A stretch of 64,000 bases of DNA from Candidatus Dormiibacterota bacterium (GCA_963848445.1 CAWKDT010000020.1:261703-325702); one strand, 5' to 3'; shown: positions 1-9,135, counted from the stretch's first letter. Notes: generated from the sequence alone by a model not told the origin. Numbers and translations: made by a program.

Positions 1-91
1 TGTGCTGGTTCGGGGGCTCGACGTGTTCGAGGGTCCACCGGGCTCCGGGCAGGAGCTCGTGCGCCCGCCGGAGCTCGACCTCTTCCGATGA
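1..91 (+). CDS. 3' end of an upstream gene (partial; frame 2 reads ...ELVRPPELDLFR*), its stop overlapping the cofD ATG (ATGA)
   Basis: Frame 2 is open from the window edge to TGA at 89-91; ATGA overlap with the next gene suggests an operon. Identity not determinable from 30 codons. Confidence 0.3.
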   Translation, partial: VLVRGLDVFEGPPGSGQELVRPPELDLFR

Positions 92-1017
92 AGGTCGCGC
101 TCCTCACCGGAGGGACGGGGGGCGCGCGGCTCGCCGCCGGCATGGCCGCGGTGCTCCCGGCCGGTGATCTGTCGGTGATCGTCAACACCGCCGACGACGA
201 GGAATTCTGGGGTCTGCTCGTGAGTCCGGACGTCGATGCGACCCTGTACCGCCTGTCCGGCCTGTTCAACGAGGCCTCGGGCTTCGGGGTCCGTGACGAC
301 ACGTTCAATGCGCTGGCGATGCTGGGAAGGCTGGGAGAGCCGACGTGGTTCCAGCTCGGCGACAGGGACATCGGCCTGCACCTCCAGCGCGCGCAGCTCC
401 TGCGCGACGGCCGCCGCCTCACCGACGCGGTCGCTCATATCGCGCGTCACCTCGGGATCAGTGCGGCGGTGCTCCCGATGAGCGACGACCCGGTGCGCAC
501 TCGCGTCATCACCGACGAGGGTGAGCTGAGCATGCAGGAATGGTTCGTCGGACGGCGGTGCGCCCCGCCCGTTCGCGCCCTGCGTTTTGCCGGCATCGAA
601 TCCGCACGTGCGGCGCCGGAAGCCGTGAGGGCGGTCACCAACGCGGACGTGGTGATCATCGGACCGTCCAACCCGCTGCTCAGCGTCGATCCGATCCTCG
701 CGCTGCTCGGCGACCAGATGGATCGCGAGCGTGTTGCCGCGGTCTCGCCGATCGTCGGCGGCCGTGCACTCAAAGGGCCGACTGTGGAGATGCTCCGTCA
801 GACGGGCGAGGATCCGAGCCCGTCCGGGGTGGCGCGACACTACGCCGGCATCGCGTCGACCTTCGTGATCGACCGCGCCGACGCGGGGATGCGGCAGTCG
901 ATCCGCGAGCTCGGGATGCGCGTGCTCGTCGACGACATCGTCATGGAGGACGCCGCCGGCGAGCGACGAATGGCGGCGACCCTGCTCCAGGAACTAGAGT
1001 TGCGCAATGGCGCATGA
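88..1017 (+). CDS. cofD: 2-phospho-L-lactate transferase (F420 biosynthesis, CofD/FbiA-type)
   Basis: N-terminus MKVALLTGGTGGARL... and overall CofD/YvcK-fold pattern (VIIGPSNPLLSVDPILAL...); 309 aa is typical. Confidence 0.85.
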   Translation: MKVALLTGGTGGARLAAGMAAVLPAGDLSVIVNTADDEEFWGLLVSPDVDATLYRLSGLFNEASGFGVRDDTFNALAMLGRLGEPTWFQLGDRDIGLHLQRAQLLRDGRRLTDAVAHIARHLGISAAVLPMSDDPVRTRVITDEGELSMQEWFVGRRCAPPVRALRFAGIESARAAPEAVRAVTNADVVIIGPSNPLLSVDPILALLGDQMDRERVAAVSPIVGGRALKGPTVEMLRQTGEDPSPSGVARHYAGIASTFVIDRADAGMRQSIRELGMRVLVDDIVMEDAAGERRMAATLLQELELRNGA

Positions 1018-1417
1018 GGCCGCGCTCGAATTCCTTCGACACAACCATCGCGCCCTGCTCGCGACCTACCGCAAGGACGGTCAGGTGCAGCTCTCGCCGG
1101 TCCTCGCCACCGTCGACTCCGAGGGCCGCGCGGTGGTCAGCACCCGCGCAGGAGCGATGAAGACGGTGAATCTCCGGCGCAAGCCCCGCGCCTCGCTCTG
1201 CGCGATCACGGAGCGGTTCTGGGGCGAGTGGCACACCGTCGAGGGCGACGTTGAGATCGTCGACCTTCCCGAGGCGATGGAGCCGCTCGTCGAGTACTAC
1301 CGGGCGACGTCCGGGGAGCATCCGGACTGGAACGAGTACCGCGCGGCGATGCAGAGCGAGGGCCGCGTGCTGTTGCGCATGACGGTCGATCGCAGCGGCC
1401 CGACGAGGCAGGGCTAG
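1007..1417 (+). CDS. PPOX-class/PNPOx-like putative F420-dependent enzyme
   Basis: 136 aa, LEFLRHNHRALLATYRKDGQVQLSPV... typical of the pyridoxamine-5'-phosphate-oxidase-like split-barrel family; overlaps the cofD stop. Confidence 0.6.
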   Translation: MAHEAALEFLRHNHRALLATYRKDGQVQLSPVLATVDSEGRAVVSTRAGAMKTVNLRRKPRASLCAITERFWGEWHTVEGDVEIVDLPEAMEPLVEYYRATSGEHPDWNEYRAAMQSEGRVLLRMTVDRSGPTRQG

Positions 1418-1470
1418 CGCCGCCGTTTCGCGACGCCGCGTCCCTACCGGCACCGGGCCGGCGTGCGTGC

Positions 1471-1812
1471 TCATTTCTTCACCACCGTTGATCCGCCGCT
1501 GACAGTCGTCGCGCTCGATGAGGTGCCTGCGGTCGCGGTGCCCGTCGAAAGCGTTGTGGTCGTGGTCTTGGTGACCGTGCCGTCATCGCCCGCCGACGTG
1601 ACCACTGTCACCGTGCGTGTGACCGGCGCCGTCGGTGACGCTGCGACCGTCGACACGGTCGCCTTGGTCGCGGCGTTCACCGCGATGAGGTAGCCGGCGG
1701 CGCCGACCGCGGTGACTCCGGTGGCCGCGGCGAGCGCGTTGATCTTGCGACGAAGTCTGAGCGCGCGATCGCGCCGCTCCACACGGTTTCGATCAGATGG
1801 CGTGCCGTTCAT
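1471..1812 (-). CDS. hypothetical single-pass membrane protein with Thr/Ser-rich extracytoplasmic tail
   Basis: ATG at 1812 (MNGTPSDRNRVERRDR...), basic N-terminus, one hydrophobic helix (AAATGVTAVGAAGYLIAV), then a T/S-rich low-complexity tail. Confidence 0.35.
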   Translation of the reverse strand: MNGTPSDRNRVERRDRALRLRRKINALAAATGVTAVGAAGYLIAVNAATKATVSTVAASPTAPVTRTVTVVTSAGDDGTVTKTTTTTLSTGTATAGTSSSATTVSGGSTVVKK

Positions 1813-1857
1813 GTGAGGGCTCCCTGGTTGTCGGAAATGACAACCACCACGGTGCAT

Positions 1858-2065
1858 TTCGCGTCTGAAGACCCGCTGCGCGGTTGCTCGGAGTCCGCTG
1901 TGAAAACGCTCGAGTGCGATCCCGACACGAATTCAGGTTTTGAAAGAACATCGGATCAGTTGTCACAGGAATATGGGATGCCGACCCGTATCCTGCCCGC
2001 GGCGGGACGCGACTTAGTGGCATGGATCCGGCGCCGTAGCGCGCCCACTACCTGGAGGACACGAT
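1858..2065. promoter_or_regulatory. divergent intergenic region, locally AT-richer, with a GGAGGA RBS 6 nt before a TTG start at 2066
   Basis: The only relatively AT-rich stretch in the first 3 kb (…gaattcaggttttgaaagaacatcgg…), lying between divergently oriented genes. Confidence 0.2.
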
Positions 2066-2431
2066 TTGCGCCCTCGTCATCGCCCCCGCTTCCTCACGAC
2101 CGCTACCCTCGTGGCGCTGTGCGGCGCCGTGACCGGCCTCGCGGCCGCCGGAGGCGTCGGCCCGTTCGCCTCGCTTGGAACGCCGGCGCAGCACACGGTC
2201 GCGGCCCATCTGCAGGGTGCCCCGTTGCGCGCGGACAGCCTGTTCCCGGTTCCCACGCGGCCCCCGGCCACCCACGAGGTCATCGAGGTCACCGACCCGC
2301 CCGTGCGCTCCGCCGCTCCATCGACGCCGTGGCCTCAGACAGCCGCGCCGGAGACGGCGGCACCGACATCGGCCTCGTCCCCGACCCCGACACCCTGTGA
2401 TGACGACTGCGGCGGCGGGGGTGACCACTGA
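2066..2431 (+). CDS. hypothetical secreted Pro-rich protein
   Basis: TTG start after GGAGGA; signal-peptide-like N-terminus (RPRHRPRFLTTATLVALCGAVTGLAAAGG); Pro/Thr-rich; ends CDDDCGGGGDH. The alternative frame (2175..) is Arg-rich junk. Confidence 0.4.
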   Translation: MRPRHRPRFLTTATLVALCGAVTGLAAAGGVGPFASLGTPAQHTVAAHLQGAPLRADSLFPVPTRPPATHEVIEVTDPPVRSAAPSTPWPQTAAPETAAPTSASSPTPTPCDDDCGGGGDH

Positions 2432-2432
2432 C

Positions 2433-2819
2433 ATGGCCGAGTACCGACCCTCCGACCGCGACAGCGCGTTCCGACGGGTCGCGTCGTGGACGACCGGCGG
2501 CGTCTCCGGTGTCATCGTCCTGACGGGCGCGCTCTCGGCCGCAAGCGCGGCCAGCTTCGCGGCGGCTGCCGCGTCCTCGAGCGCTCCCACGGCGCCGCCC
2601 ATTCCCCCGGAGACGGCCCCGGTGCAGGGTGTTCGCCCAACCCCGGCGGTGATCGTCCAGGTGGTCCACGTCCCTGCGTCGGCCGCGGGCTCGGCCGTGC
2701 GCTCGCGCGGAATCGCCGCGCCTCGCAAGCGGCCTTCGGGTGGCGGCAGCTCTTCGGCGCCACCCCCGCCACCCCCGCCACCCCCGGTCTGTCACTCGAC
2801 GCCCTCGCACCCGTGCTGA
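2433..2819 (+). CDS. hypothetical membrane-anchored protein with a poly-proline tract
   Basis: ATG at 2433; one TM helix (VSGVIVLTGALSAASAASFAAAAA); ends GGGSSSAPPPPPPPPPVCHSTPSHPC immediately upstream of apbE. Confidence 0.4.
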   Translation: MAEYRPSDRDSAFRRVASWTTGGVSGVIVLTGALSAASAASFAAAAASSSAPTAPPIPPETAPVQGVRPTPAVIVQVVHVPASAAGSAVRSRGIAAPRKRPSGGGSSSAPPPPPPPPPVCHSTPSHPC

Positions 2820-2839
2820 ACTCGGCTTCCTTCAGGGCC

Positions 2840-3733
2840 ATGGGCAGCACGGTGGTCGTGGCCGTGGAGGATCCTGCCGCCCTCGATCTCGCGATGTCCG
2901 CCGCTCGTTCGGTGGTGGCGTCGATCGACGCCACGTGCAGCCGCTTCCAAGCCGATTCCGAGCTGAGTCGGGTCAACGCCGCGGCGGGGGGCGGCTTCGT
3001 CGAGCTGTCCGAACTCCTCGACGAGGCGATCGGCGTGGCGCTCGAGGCAGCGGCAGCCACCGGAGGACTCGTCGATCCCACGATCGGAGCGCTCATCGAG
3101 CGCGCCGGATACACCGTGACCTTCAACGACCTGCCGCTCGACGGACCCGCGATCGACCTCGAGGTCCGATCCGCCCCCGGCTGGGAGACCGTGCGGCACG
3201 ATCGGCGCGCCCGTGCTCTGGCCCTGCCACATGGCGCGTCGCTCGATCTTGGCGCCGTCGGGAAGGCCTGGGCGTCGGACCGGGCCGCGCTCGCGGCGGC
3301 TCGGCGTATCGGCGCGAGCGCGCTCGTCGCGTGCGGCGGCGATGTGGCGGTTGCGGGCCCGGAACGCCCGGAGGGCTGGCGCGTCCGCGTGACGGAGTCC
3401 CCCGATGCCGGCGGGTGGCAGGACGTGCTCATGTTCGATGGCGGCCTCGCGACCTCCGGGACCGGGAGCAGGACGTGGCGGCGGGGCGGCGAGACCCTCC
3501 ACCACATCCTGGATCCGTCGACGGGCCTGCCCCCCGTCTCCCCATGGGTGATGGCAAGCGTCGCGGCTGCCACGTGCGCCGGAGCGAATGCGGCCGCCAC
3601 GGGGGCGATCGTCATGGGCGACGGGGCGCCGTCCTGGCTCGCCGCCCAGGGCCTGCCCGCCCGTCTCGTCCAGCGCGACGGGTCGGTGGTCACCGTCGGA
3701 CACTGGCCGGATCAGGCCGCGGCAGGATCGTGA
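2840..3733 (+). CDS. apbE: FAD:protein FMN transferase (ApbE family)
   Basis: ApbE hallmarks: MGSTVVVAV start, DATCSRF, GGLVDPTIGALIE, GAVGKAWASD, HHILDPSTG; about 298 aa. Confidence 0.8.
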   Translation: MGSTVVVAVEDPAALDLAMSAARSVVASIDATCSRFQADSELSRVNAAAGGGFVELSELLDEAIGVALEAAAATGGLVDPTIGALIERAGYTVTFNDLPLDGPAIDLEVRSAPGWETVRHDRRARALALPHGASLDLGAVGKAWASDRAALAAARRIGASALVACGGDVAVAGPERPEGWRVRVTESPDAGGWQDVLMFDGGLATSGTGSRTWRRGGETLHHILDPSTGLPPVSPWVMASVAAATCAGANAAATGAIVMGDGAPSWLAAQGLPARLVQRDGSVVTVGHWPDQAAAGS

Positions 3734-4740
3734 TGGTCGGAGCAGCTTCGACGGGACCGAGCCCGCTGTGGTTCGCGACGCGCGGCGCCGGAGTCATGAC
3801 CCTCGTGTGCCTGACCGTGGTCGTGATCCTCGGGATCTCGACCTCCCTCCGGGTGCAGGGCCGGCGCACGCCGCGCTTCGTGACGGCGGCGCTGCATCGG
3901 AACTTCGGCCTCTTCACCCTTGTCCTCCTCGCCGTCCACATCGTCACCTCGGTGCTCGATCCGTTTGCGGGCATCCGACCGGCGGACGCGGTGATCCCGT
4001 TTGCCGGCGCATACCGCACGGTCTGGCTCGGCCTCGGGGTGATCGCGGCCGAGGTGCTGGTGGCCGTCACGGCGACGAGCCTCCTTCGGGGGCGCATCGG
4101 ACCGCGGGTCTGGAAGCTCATCCACTGGGCCACGTACGCGTCATGGCCGATTGCGCTCGCCCACGGGCTCGGGACCGGCTCCGACGCCCAGGCGCCCTGG
4201 ATGCTCGGCCTCACCGCGGCCTGCATGGCTGCCGTCCTCGTCGCGCTCGCGCGACGGTTGCTCGCCGGACGGCTCCGCACCGCGCCGGTTCGGGTTGGAG
4301 CGGCCGGTGTGGCCGTGGTCGCAACGTACGCGCTCTGCGCGTGGGCGGCCGGTGGACCGCTGCAGCCCGGTTGGGCCGTGAAGGCCGGAACCCCGCGATC
4401 GATCCTGTCGTCGGGGTCGAGCACGCATCTGGCCCGATCCACGAGGAACGGATTCGCCGACCAGGTGATCGGCACCCTCACGAGCACCCCGGGGAACGTC
4501 GGGATCGCGCTGCGGGACACCGTGGACACGAGCCTCACCGTGGTGATCACCGAGCCCGGACCGACGCAGACGCTGCCGCAACTGACCGTCGCGCGCGACG
4601 GCAGGACGGTGTGCGCGAATGTCCCCGCGCGGGCCGGTGTCTCGTTCTACGCGGTCTGCGGCACGACGCGCCTGGTGATCACGCTGTACGGAACCGGGCC
4701 GTCGATCAGCGGTCGCATCGTCACCTCGGGGCCGCTGTGA
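3733..4740 (+). CDS. ferric-reductase-like (FRD/MsrQ-like) polytopic membrane protein with a C-terminal extracytoplasmic domain
   Basis: ATG overlaps the apbE stop (TGATG); 5–6 predicted TM helices with conserved His (VHIVTSVLDPF, LIHWATYASWPIALAHGLG); about 130-aa non-membrane C-terminus. Confidence 0.6.
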   Translation: MVGAASTGPSPLWFATRGAGVMTLVCLTVVVILGISTSLRVQGRRTPRFVTAALHRNFGLFTLVLLAVHIVTSVLDPFAGIRPADAVIPFAGAYRTVWLGLGVIAAEVLVAVTATSLLRGRIGPRVWKLIHWATYASWPIALAHGLGTGSDAQAPWMLGLTAACMAAVLVALARRLLAGRLRTAPVRVGAAGVAVVATYALCAWAAGGPLQPGWAVKAGTPRSILSSGSSTHLARSTRNGFADQVIGTLTSTPGNVGIALRDTVDTSLTVVITEPGPTQTLPQLTVARDGRTVCANVPARAGVSFYAVCGTTRLVITLYGTGPSISGRIVTSGPL

Positions 4741-6047
4741 CCCAGGCAACGCTGATCCGCACCGCGCCGGTACCACCGACGCTCGGCGCGCCCTCGCCCG
4801 ATCCGCGGCTGCTCGCGGGCCCCGCCCTGCACCGCGGTTCCGAGAGCTTCGCCGAGCACCGATCCCGGCTCGGCCGCCGCCCCGTCGGCGGCGAATGGCT
4901 GCTCGACGTCATCGAGCGTGGCGGGCTTCGCGGCCGGGGCGGGGCGTGGTTTCCCACGCACCGCAAATGGCGGTCCGTGCGCCGCCTCACCGGCCTTCGC
5001 GGACCGTCGGTCATGGTCGTCAACGCCTCGGAGGGCGAGCCGCTCTCCGCCAAGGACCGCGTCCTGGCCGAGCACCGCCCGCATCTCCTCATCGACGGTG
5101 CGCTGATCGCCGCCGAGACGGTCGGAGCCGACGAGGTGGTGATCTACCTGTCGCGGCCGTCGCGCGCCATGACCCGGAGCCTCAAGCAGGCGCTCGCGGA
5201 TCGGCACGGCGATGACGGCCGTGCGCTGCCGATCAGGATCGTCCATACCCAGCATCGGTACGTCGCCGGCAAGTCCTCCGCCGTCGTCCGCCGCCTCAGT
5301 GGCGGCCAGTCCAAACCGTCGTTCGCTCCACCGCACCCCTCGGAGCGCGGCGTCCTGGGCAGGCCGACCCTGGTGCAGAACGCCGAGACCCTCGCGCACG
5401 CCGCGCTCATCGCACGGTTCGGCGACGCGTGGTACCGCGAGCGCGGCACCGACGACGCGCCCGGCACGGGGTTGGTGACGATCACCGGCAACGTCGCGGA
5501 GCCCGGCGTCTACGAGGTCGACCTCGGCTCCGAGCTCGTCGCCGCCGTGGCTGGCGCCGGCGGTGTGCTCTCCAGGCCGATCGGCGTGCTGGTGGGCGGT
5601 TACTTCGGCACCTGGCTCGACGCCGAGCGGGGAGCCCGGGCGCGACTCACCCCTTCGGAGGTGTCGCTCGGGTGCGGGATCATCGGGATGCTCGGCGACG
5701 ACGCGTGCGGCATCGCCGAGTCCGCCCGGATCGTCCGCTATCTCGCTCGTGAGAGCGCTGGCCAGTGCGGGCCGTGCGTCTACGGCCTTCGTGACATCGC
5801 CGAGGCGATGACACGTCTCGCATCGGGCGATGCCGACAGGGGGGACGTGCACCGCATCCATCGATGGTCCGACCAGGTCGCCGGCCGGGGCGCCTGTCAC
5901 CATCCCGACGGAGCGATCCATAACCTCCGGAGCGCGCTCGAGGTCTTCGCGCCTGATGTGGAGCGGCACCTCGCGGGCCGGGCATGCTCGGGCAGGAGCC
6001 GCACGCCGCTCCCTCCGCCCCCTCGAATGCGGAGGGGATGGCGATGA
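4737..6047 (+). CDS. NuoF-like (complex I 51-kDa family) NADH-binding FMN/4Fe-4S flavoprotein, standalone
   Basis: GTG at 4737 overlaps the previous stop; motifs GRGGAWFPTHRKW (NADH), VNASEGEPLSAKDR (FMN), ESAGQCGPCVYG (4Fe-4S). Confidence 0.75.
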   Translation: MTQATLIRTAPVPPTLGAPSPDPRLLAGPALHRGSESFAEHRSRLGRRPVGGEWLLDVIERGGLRGRGGAWFPTHRKWRSVRRLTGLRGPSVMVVNASEGEPLSAKDRVLAEHRPHLLIDGALIAAETVGADEVVIYLSRPSRAMTRSLKQALADRHGDDGRALPIRIVHTQHRYVAGKSSAVVRRLSGGQSKPSFAPPHPSERGVLGRPTLVQNAETLAHAALIARFGDAWYRERGTDDAPGTGLVTITGNVAEPGVYEVDLGSELVAAVAGAGGVLSRPIGVLVGGYFGTWLDAERGARARLTPSEVSLGCGIIGMLGDDACGIAESARIVRYLARESAGQCGPCVYGLRDIAEAMTRLASGDADRGDVHRIHRWSDQVAGRGACHHPDGAIHNLRSALEVFAPDVERHLAGRACSGRSRTPLPPPPRMRRGWR

Positions 6048-6271
6048 GCGACCAGGACCCGCGCCTGCAGGTCAATCCGATCCTCTGCGACGGTGTGGGG
6101 TACTGCGCCGAGATCGTCCCGGAGCTCGTCGGGCTCGACGACTGGGGCTACCCGATGGTTTCGGCCGACCCGGTTCGCGATCCGGCGCTCCTGCGCATGG
6201 CCGAACGCGCCGTGAGCCAGTGCCCGAGGGTGGCGTTGCTCCTCAGCCGCCGGGCAGACCGCGCCGGCTGA
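6044..6271 (+). CDS. small mono-cluster ferredoxin
   Basis: 75 aa; CDGVGYC…CP cysteine pattern; GGAGGGG RBS 6 nt upstream; ATGA overlap with the NuoF-like gene. Confidence 0.6.
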   Translation: MSDQDPRLQVNPILCDGVGYCAEIVPELVGLDDWGYPMVSADPVRDPALLRMAERAVSQCPRVALLLSRRADRAG

Positions 6272-6275
6272 GGAT

Positions 6276-7013
6276 CTAGTTATCCGGCGGGGGGCTGCCA
6301 CCCGGCGAGGCCGAGCCCGAGTGATTGTCGTCGCTGCCACCGCCGCCGCCATCGGTCGGCCTTGGGCTGCGGCTCTGCGAGGACCGTGGGGTCTCACCGT
6401 TGCCGCCTGACGAGTCCGTCGGCTCCGGCTCCTTCTCCGTCTCGGTCGGACGCGGCGCCGGGCTACCGGCTGCCGGGATACGTTCGTCAGGCTCGAGGCC
6501 CGATTCGTCGGCTGTCAGTGTCGCTTCGTCCGTGTGATACCGGACCCACAGCGCGGACGTCCGGTCGGCGGGCAGCTCGGGCAACGCGGCCGCAAGCTCG
6601 CTCCTCGCGTCCGCGAGGCTCTGTTCGGGATCCACTCCGCCGTGCGCTTCGGCAAGCGATGCCTCAGCGAACTGCAGATGGAGCTCGGCGTCGTTGGATC
6701 CTGGAAGCTTGAGCATCACGCCCTGGCGCGCGGCACGGACCGCGAAGAGCGCCGACCCCGGCGCGGCGTTCCAGCCGGCTGCCGCCACGCCGACGGTCGC
6801 GGCGAGCGTCGCGGTGGCCGCGATGAGCCCGGCGTGCCGGAAGCGGAGCCGGAAGAGCGGCGCACGCGCGCGTGGAGCGGTGGCACTGGACGCCAGCGCC
6901 GCGAACATGGCGTCCTGGGCGCGCTCGCGCGCGTGACGGCGCGGCTCCCGGCGGCTCGTCCGGCGCCAGGCGCCGAGCTGCGCCGACAGGAGGGGATCGA
7001 TCACGTCGGTCAT
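6276..7013 (-). CDS. putative membrane-anchored anti-sigma factor
   Basis: Start overlaps the ECF sigma stop (ATGA); cytoplasmic N-terminus, single TM (LIAATATLAATVGVAAAGW), Pro/Gly/Ser-rich C-terminal tail. Confidence 0.5.
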   Translation of the reverse strand: MTDVIDPLLSAQLGAWRRTSRREPRRHARERAQDAMFAALASSATAPRARAPLFRLRFRHAGLIAATATLAATVGVAAAGWNAAPGSALFAVRAARQGVMLKLPGSNDAELHLQFAEASLAEAHGGVDPEQSLADARSELAAALPELPADRTSALWVRYHTDEATLTADESGLEPDERIPAAGSPAPRPTETEKEPEPTDSSGGNGETPRSSQSRSPRPTDGGGGGSDDNHSGSASPGGSPPPDN

Positions 7014-7594
7014 GCCGCCCTCCCGGCGTCGAGTGCGCGACGGAGTGACTCCAGCGCCCGGTGCTGCATCGATTTCACCGCGCCGAGGCTGCGCCTCGTG
7101 TTGAGCGCCACGTCCTCGATCGACTGGTCGAGGACGAATCGGCGCACGAGGATGTCCTGCTGCTCGTCGGTGAGCCGGACCATGGCGGCGCGTACCCGAT
7201 CGGACTCAAGGTTGATCTCGGCGATCGCGCTCGGATCCGGCGCGAGGGACTGTCCGGGGTTGACGGTGTTCGCGCGATATCGGACGGCCCGCCGGATGTG
7301 GTCGACGACCTTGTTCCGGCAGATGTGCAGAAACCATGCCTGCACCGCGGGTTCCCTCCGATCCCGAAGGTTTCGGATCGATGTCACTGCAGCTACGAAC
7401 ACGTCTTGTGCCACATCCTCAGCCGACGTCACGTCCCCGAGGCGCGCGAGCGCGTACGCATGCACGTCCGGGTAAAAGCGCTCGAACAGTGCGCTCCACC
7501 CGCGAGCCTCGCCGCGCTGTGCGGCCTCTACCGCCTGCGCGAGGCGGTTGGGATCTGCCAGGCTCTCGCCGCCTCGATCGCTTTCATCGAACAT
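7010..7594 (-). CDS. ECF-type RNA polymerase sigma-70 factor
   Basis: Region-2 (FERFYPDVHAYALARLGD…AEDVAQDVFV) and region-4 (LTDEQQDILVRRFVLDQSIEDVA…GAVKSMQHRALESLR) motifs; start chosen at MFDESDRGG. Confidence 0.85.
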   Translation of the reverse strand: MFDESDRGGESLADPNRLAQAVEAAQRGEARGWSALFERFYPDVHAYALARLGDVTSAEDVAQDVFVAAVTSIRNLRDRREPAVQAWFLHICRNKVVDHIRRAVRYRANTVNPGQSLAPDPSAIAEINLESDRVRAAMVRLTDEQQDILVRRFVLDQSIEDVALNTRRSLGAVKSMQHRALESLRRALDAGRAA

Positions 7595-8028
7595 CAAGTC
7601 GCTGGAACTCGCCTCCGGGATACGGGCAGGCGCCTCAACGGTGAAGGACGCAGGCCCGCCCGCCGCCGAACGTGGCGTCGCAGGTGTGCGACAGCCTGGA
7701 ACAGGGTAGAGCTCCACCAGCCCTGCGGGCGGGTGCGCCGGCGACACCGAGCTTCGACGGCACGAACCTCCCCGGGCAGACCGGGCACCCCGCGCGACCG
7801 GAGCCCTGCTCGCCACCGACACGTCAGCAGGACGGGTGCGATATGTGTACATGGCCGCGGGCGATGCGATCGCCCTGGCTGCGGGCAGCGACGGCACCGT
7901 GTATCTCGCGACACAGGGCAACGGGATCGCGGCCGCCACCGCCCCCTGAGGCGCACCGCGAAAGGCGCATACGCCGGTGCCGGCGCGGACGCGAAGCGCC
8001 CGTCCGGCGGGTCGGTCCATGTGGCAGC

Positions 8029-9135
8029 ATGGGACGGCTCATGGCGACGACGCCGCTGCTCATGATCCCCGGGCCGACGCCGGTTGCGCCCGACGTGCTA
8101 GCCGCGCTCGCCGAACCGGTGCGCAACCACACGGGCCCCGAGAACGCCGCCACGATGGTGCGCATCCAGGAGGGAATCCGCCGGCTGGCGGGCTCGAGCG
8201 AAGCGCGGGTGCACTGCTTCGCGGGATCCGGCACGCTCGCGATGGAAACCGCCCTGGTCAACCACGCGTCGCCCGGTGACCGTGTGCTCGTGGTCAGCCA
8301 CGGGTACTTCGGCGACCGGTTCACCGAGATCGCCGCGGCACTGGGGATGCGCCCCGAGGTACTGCACGTCGAGTGGGGAGCGCATGCCGACCCGGACGCG
8401 CTGCGCGACCTCATCGGCGGAGGCGACGCGCCGTCGCTCGTGTGCATGACCCACGTCGACACGAGCAGCGGCGTCCTCGCCGATTGCGCCGTCCTCGCGT
8501 CGACAGTGCGAGCGGCGGCGCCGGATGCGCTCATCGTGCTCGACGGCGTCTGCGCCACCGGTGGCATGGAGGAGCGCATGGACGAGTGGGGGGTCGACGT
8601 CGTGCTCACCGGTGCGCAGAAGGCGCTGAGCGTTCCGCCCGGGCTCGTCGTGCTCGCGGTGTCGGAGCGAGCGCGGCATCGCAGGGAATCGCTCGGCGGC
8701 ATCCGCGCGTACTACGCGGACCTGCGCCGTTGGGACGCGTCCGTCGACGATCCCCGCAAATACTTCTCGACGCATGCGGTGTCACTGCTGCGCGCGCTCG
8801 AGGTGTCCCTTGACGCCATCTTCGGCGAGGGGTTGCCCGCTCGATTCGAGCGGCATCGGCGCGTGGCTTCGATGGTGCGTGACGGCATGGGCGAGCTCGG
8901 GTTCGTGCCGCTCACCGAACAGCCGTACCTCGCGCCGACGCTGAGCGTGCTCGCGCTCCCCGAGGGCGTCGACGACGCGACGCTGCGCGCCGGGATGGCG
9001 GAGCGCGGCGTCGTGATCGCGGGCTGCCTTGGGCCGTGGGCGGGACGCGGCATCCGCATCGGCCACATGGGCACCACCGGCGAGGCGGAGGCTGCGCGCA
9101 CCATCGATGCGGCGGCCGCAGCGCTGGGGCGGTGA
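8029..9135 (+). CDS. class-V aminotransferase (serine/alanine–glyoxylate aminotransferase-like)
   Basis: LLMIPGPTPV N-terminus, GAQKAL PLP-lysine motif, about 365 aa; alternative ATG at 8041. Confidence 0.8.
   Translation: MGRLMATTPLLMIPGPTPVAPDVLAALAEPVRNHTGPENAATMVRIQEGIRRLAGSSEARVHCFAGSGTLAMETALVNHASPGDRVLVVSHGYFGDRFTEIAAALGMRPEVLHVEWGAHADPDALRDLIGGGDAPSLVCMTHVDTSSGVLADCAVLASTVRAAAPDALIVLDGVCATGGMEERMDEWGVDVVLTGAQKALSVPPGLVVLAVSERARHRRESLGGIRAYYADLRRWDASVDDPRKYFSTHAVSLLRALEVSLDAIFGEGLPARFERHRRVASMVRDGMGELGFVPLTEQPYLAPTLSVLALPEGVDDATLRAGMAERGVVIAGCLGPWAGRGIRIGHMGTTGEAEAARTIDAAAAALGR

Noticed and set aside
2512-3703. 393-aa and 303-aa minus-strand ORFs and the 2740..3732 part of the 666-aa plus ORF
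   Set aside because: Antisense to, or frame-shifted copies of, the apbE coding region. Low-complexity Arg/Pro/Ser composition. apbE motifs are only in the frame starting at 2840.
3588-4736. N-terminal 383 codons of the 819-aa ORF
   Set aside because: This part overlaps the ferric-reductase-like gene in another frame and is Arg/Gly/Pro junk. The NuoF-like similarity begins only after the in-frame GTG at 4737, which also overlaps the upstream stop.
7595-8028. Possible glycine riboswitch in the long leader of the glyoxylate-aminotransferase gene
   Set aside because: I looked for the conserved aptamer cores (GGAGAG…, ACCGAAGGGGCAA-like) and did not find convincing matches. Only a generic long leader plus a 32-codon mini-ORF remains, so it is not called.
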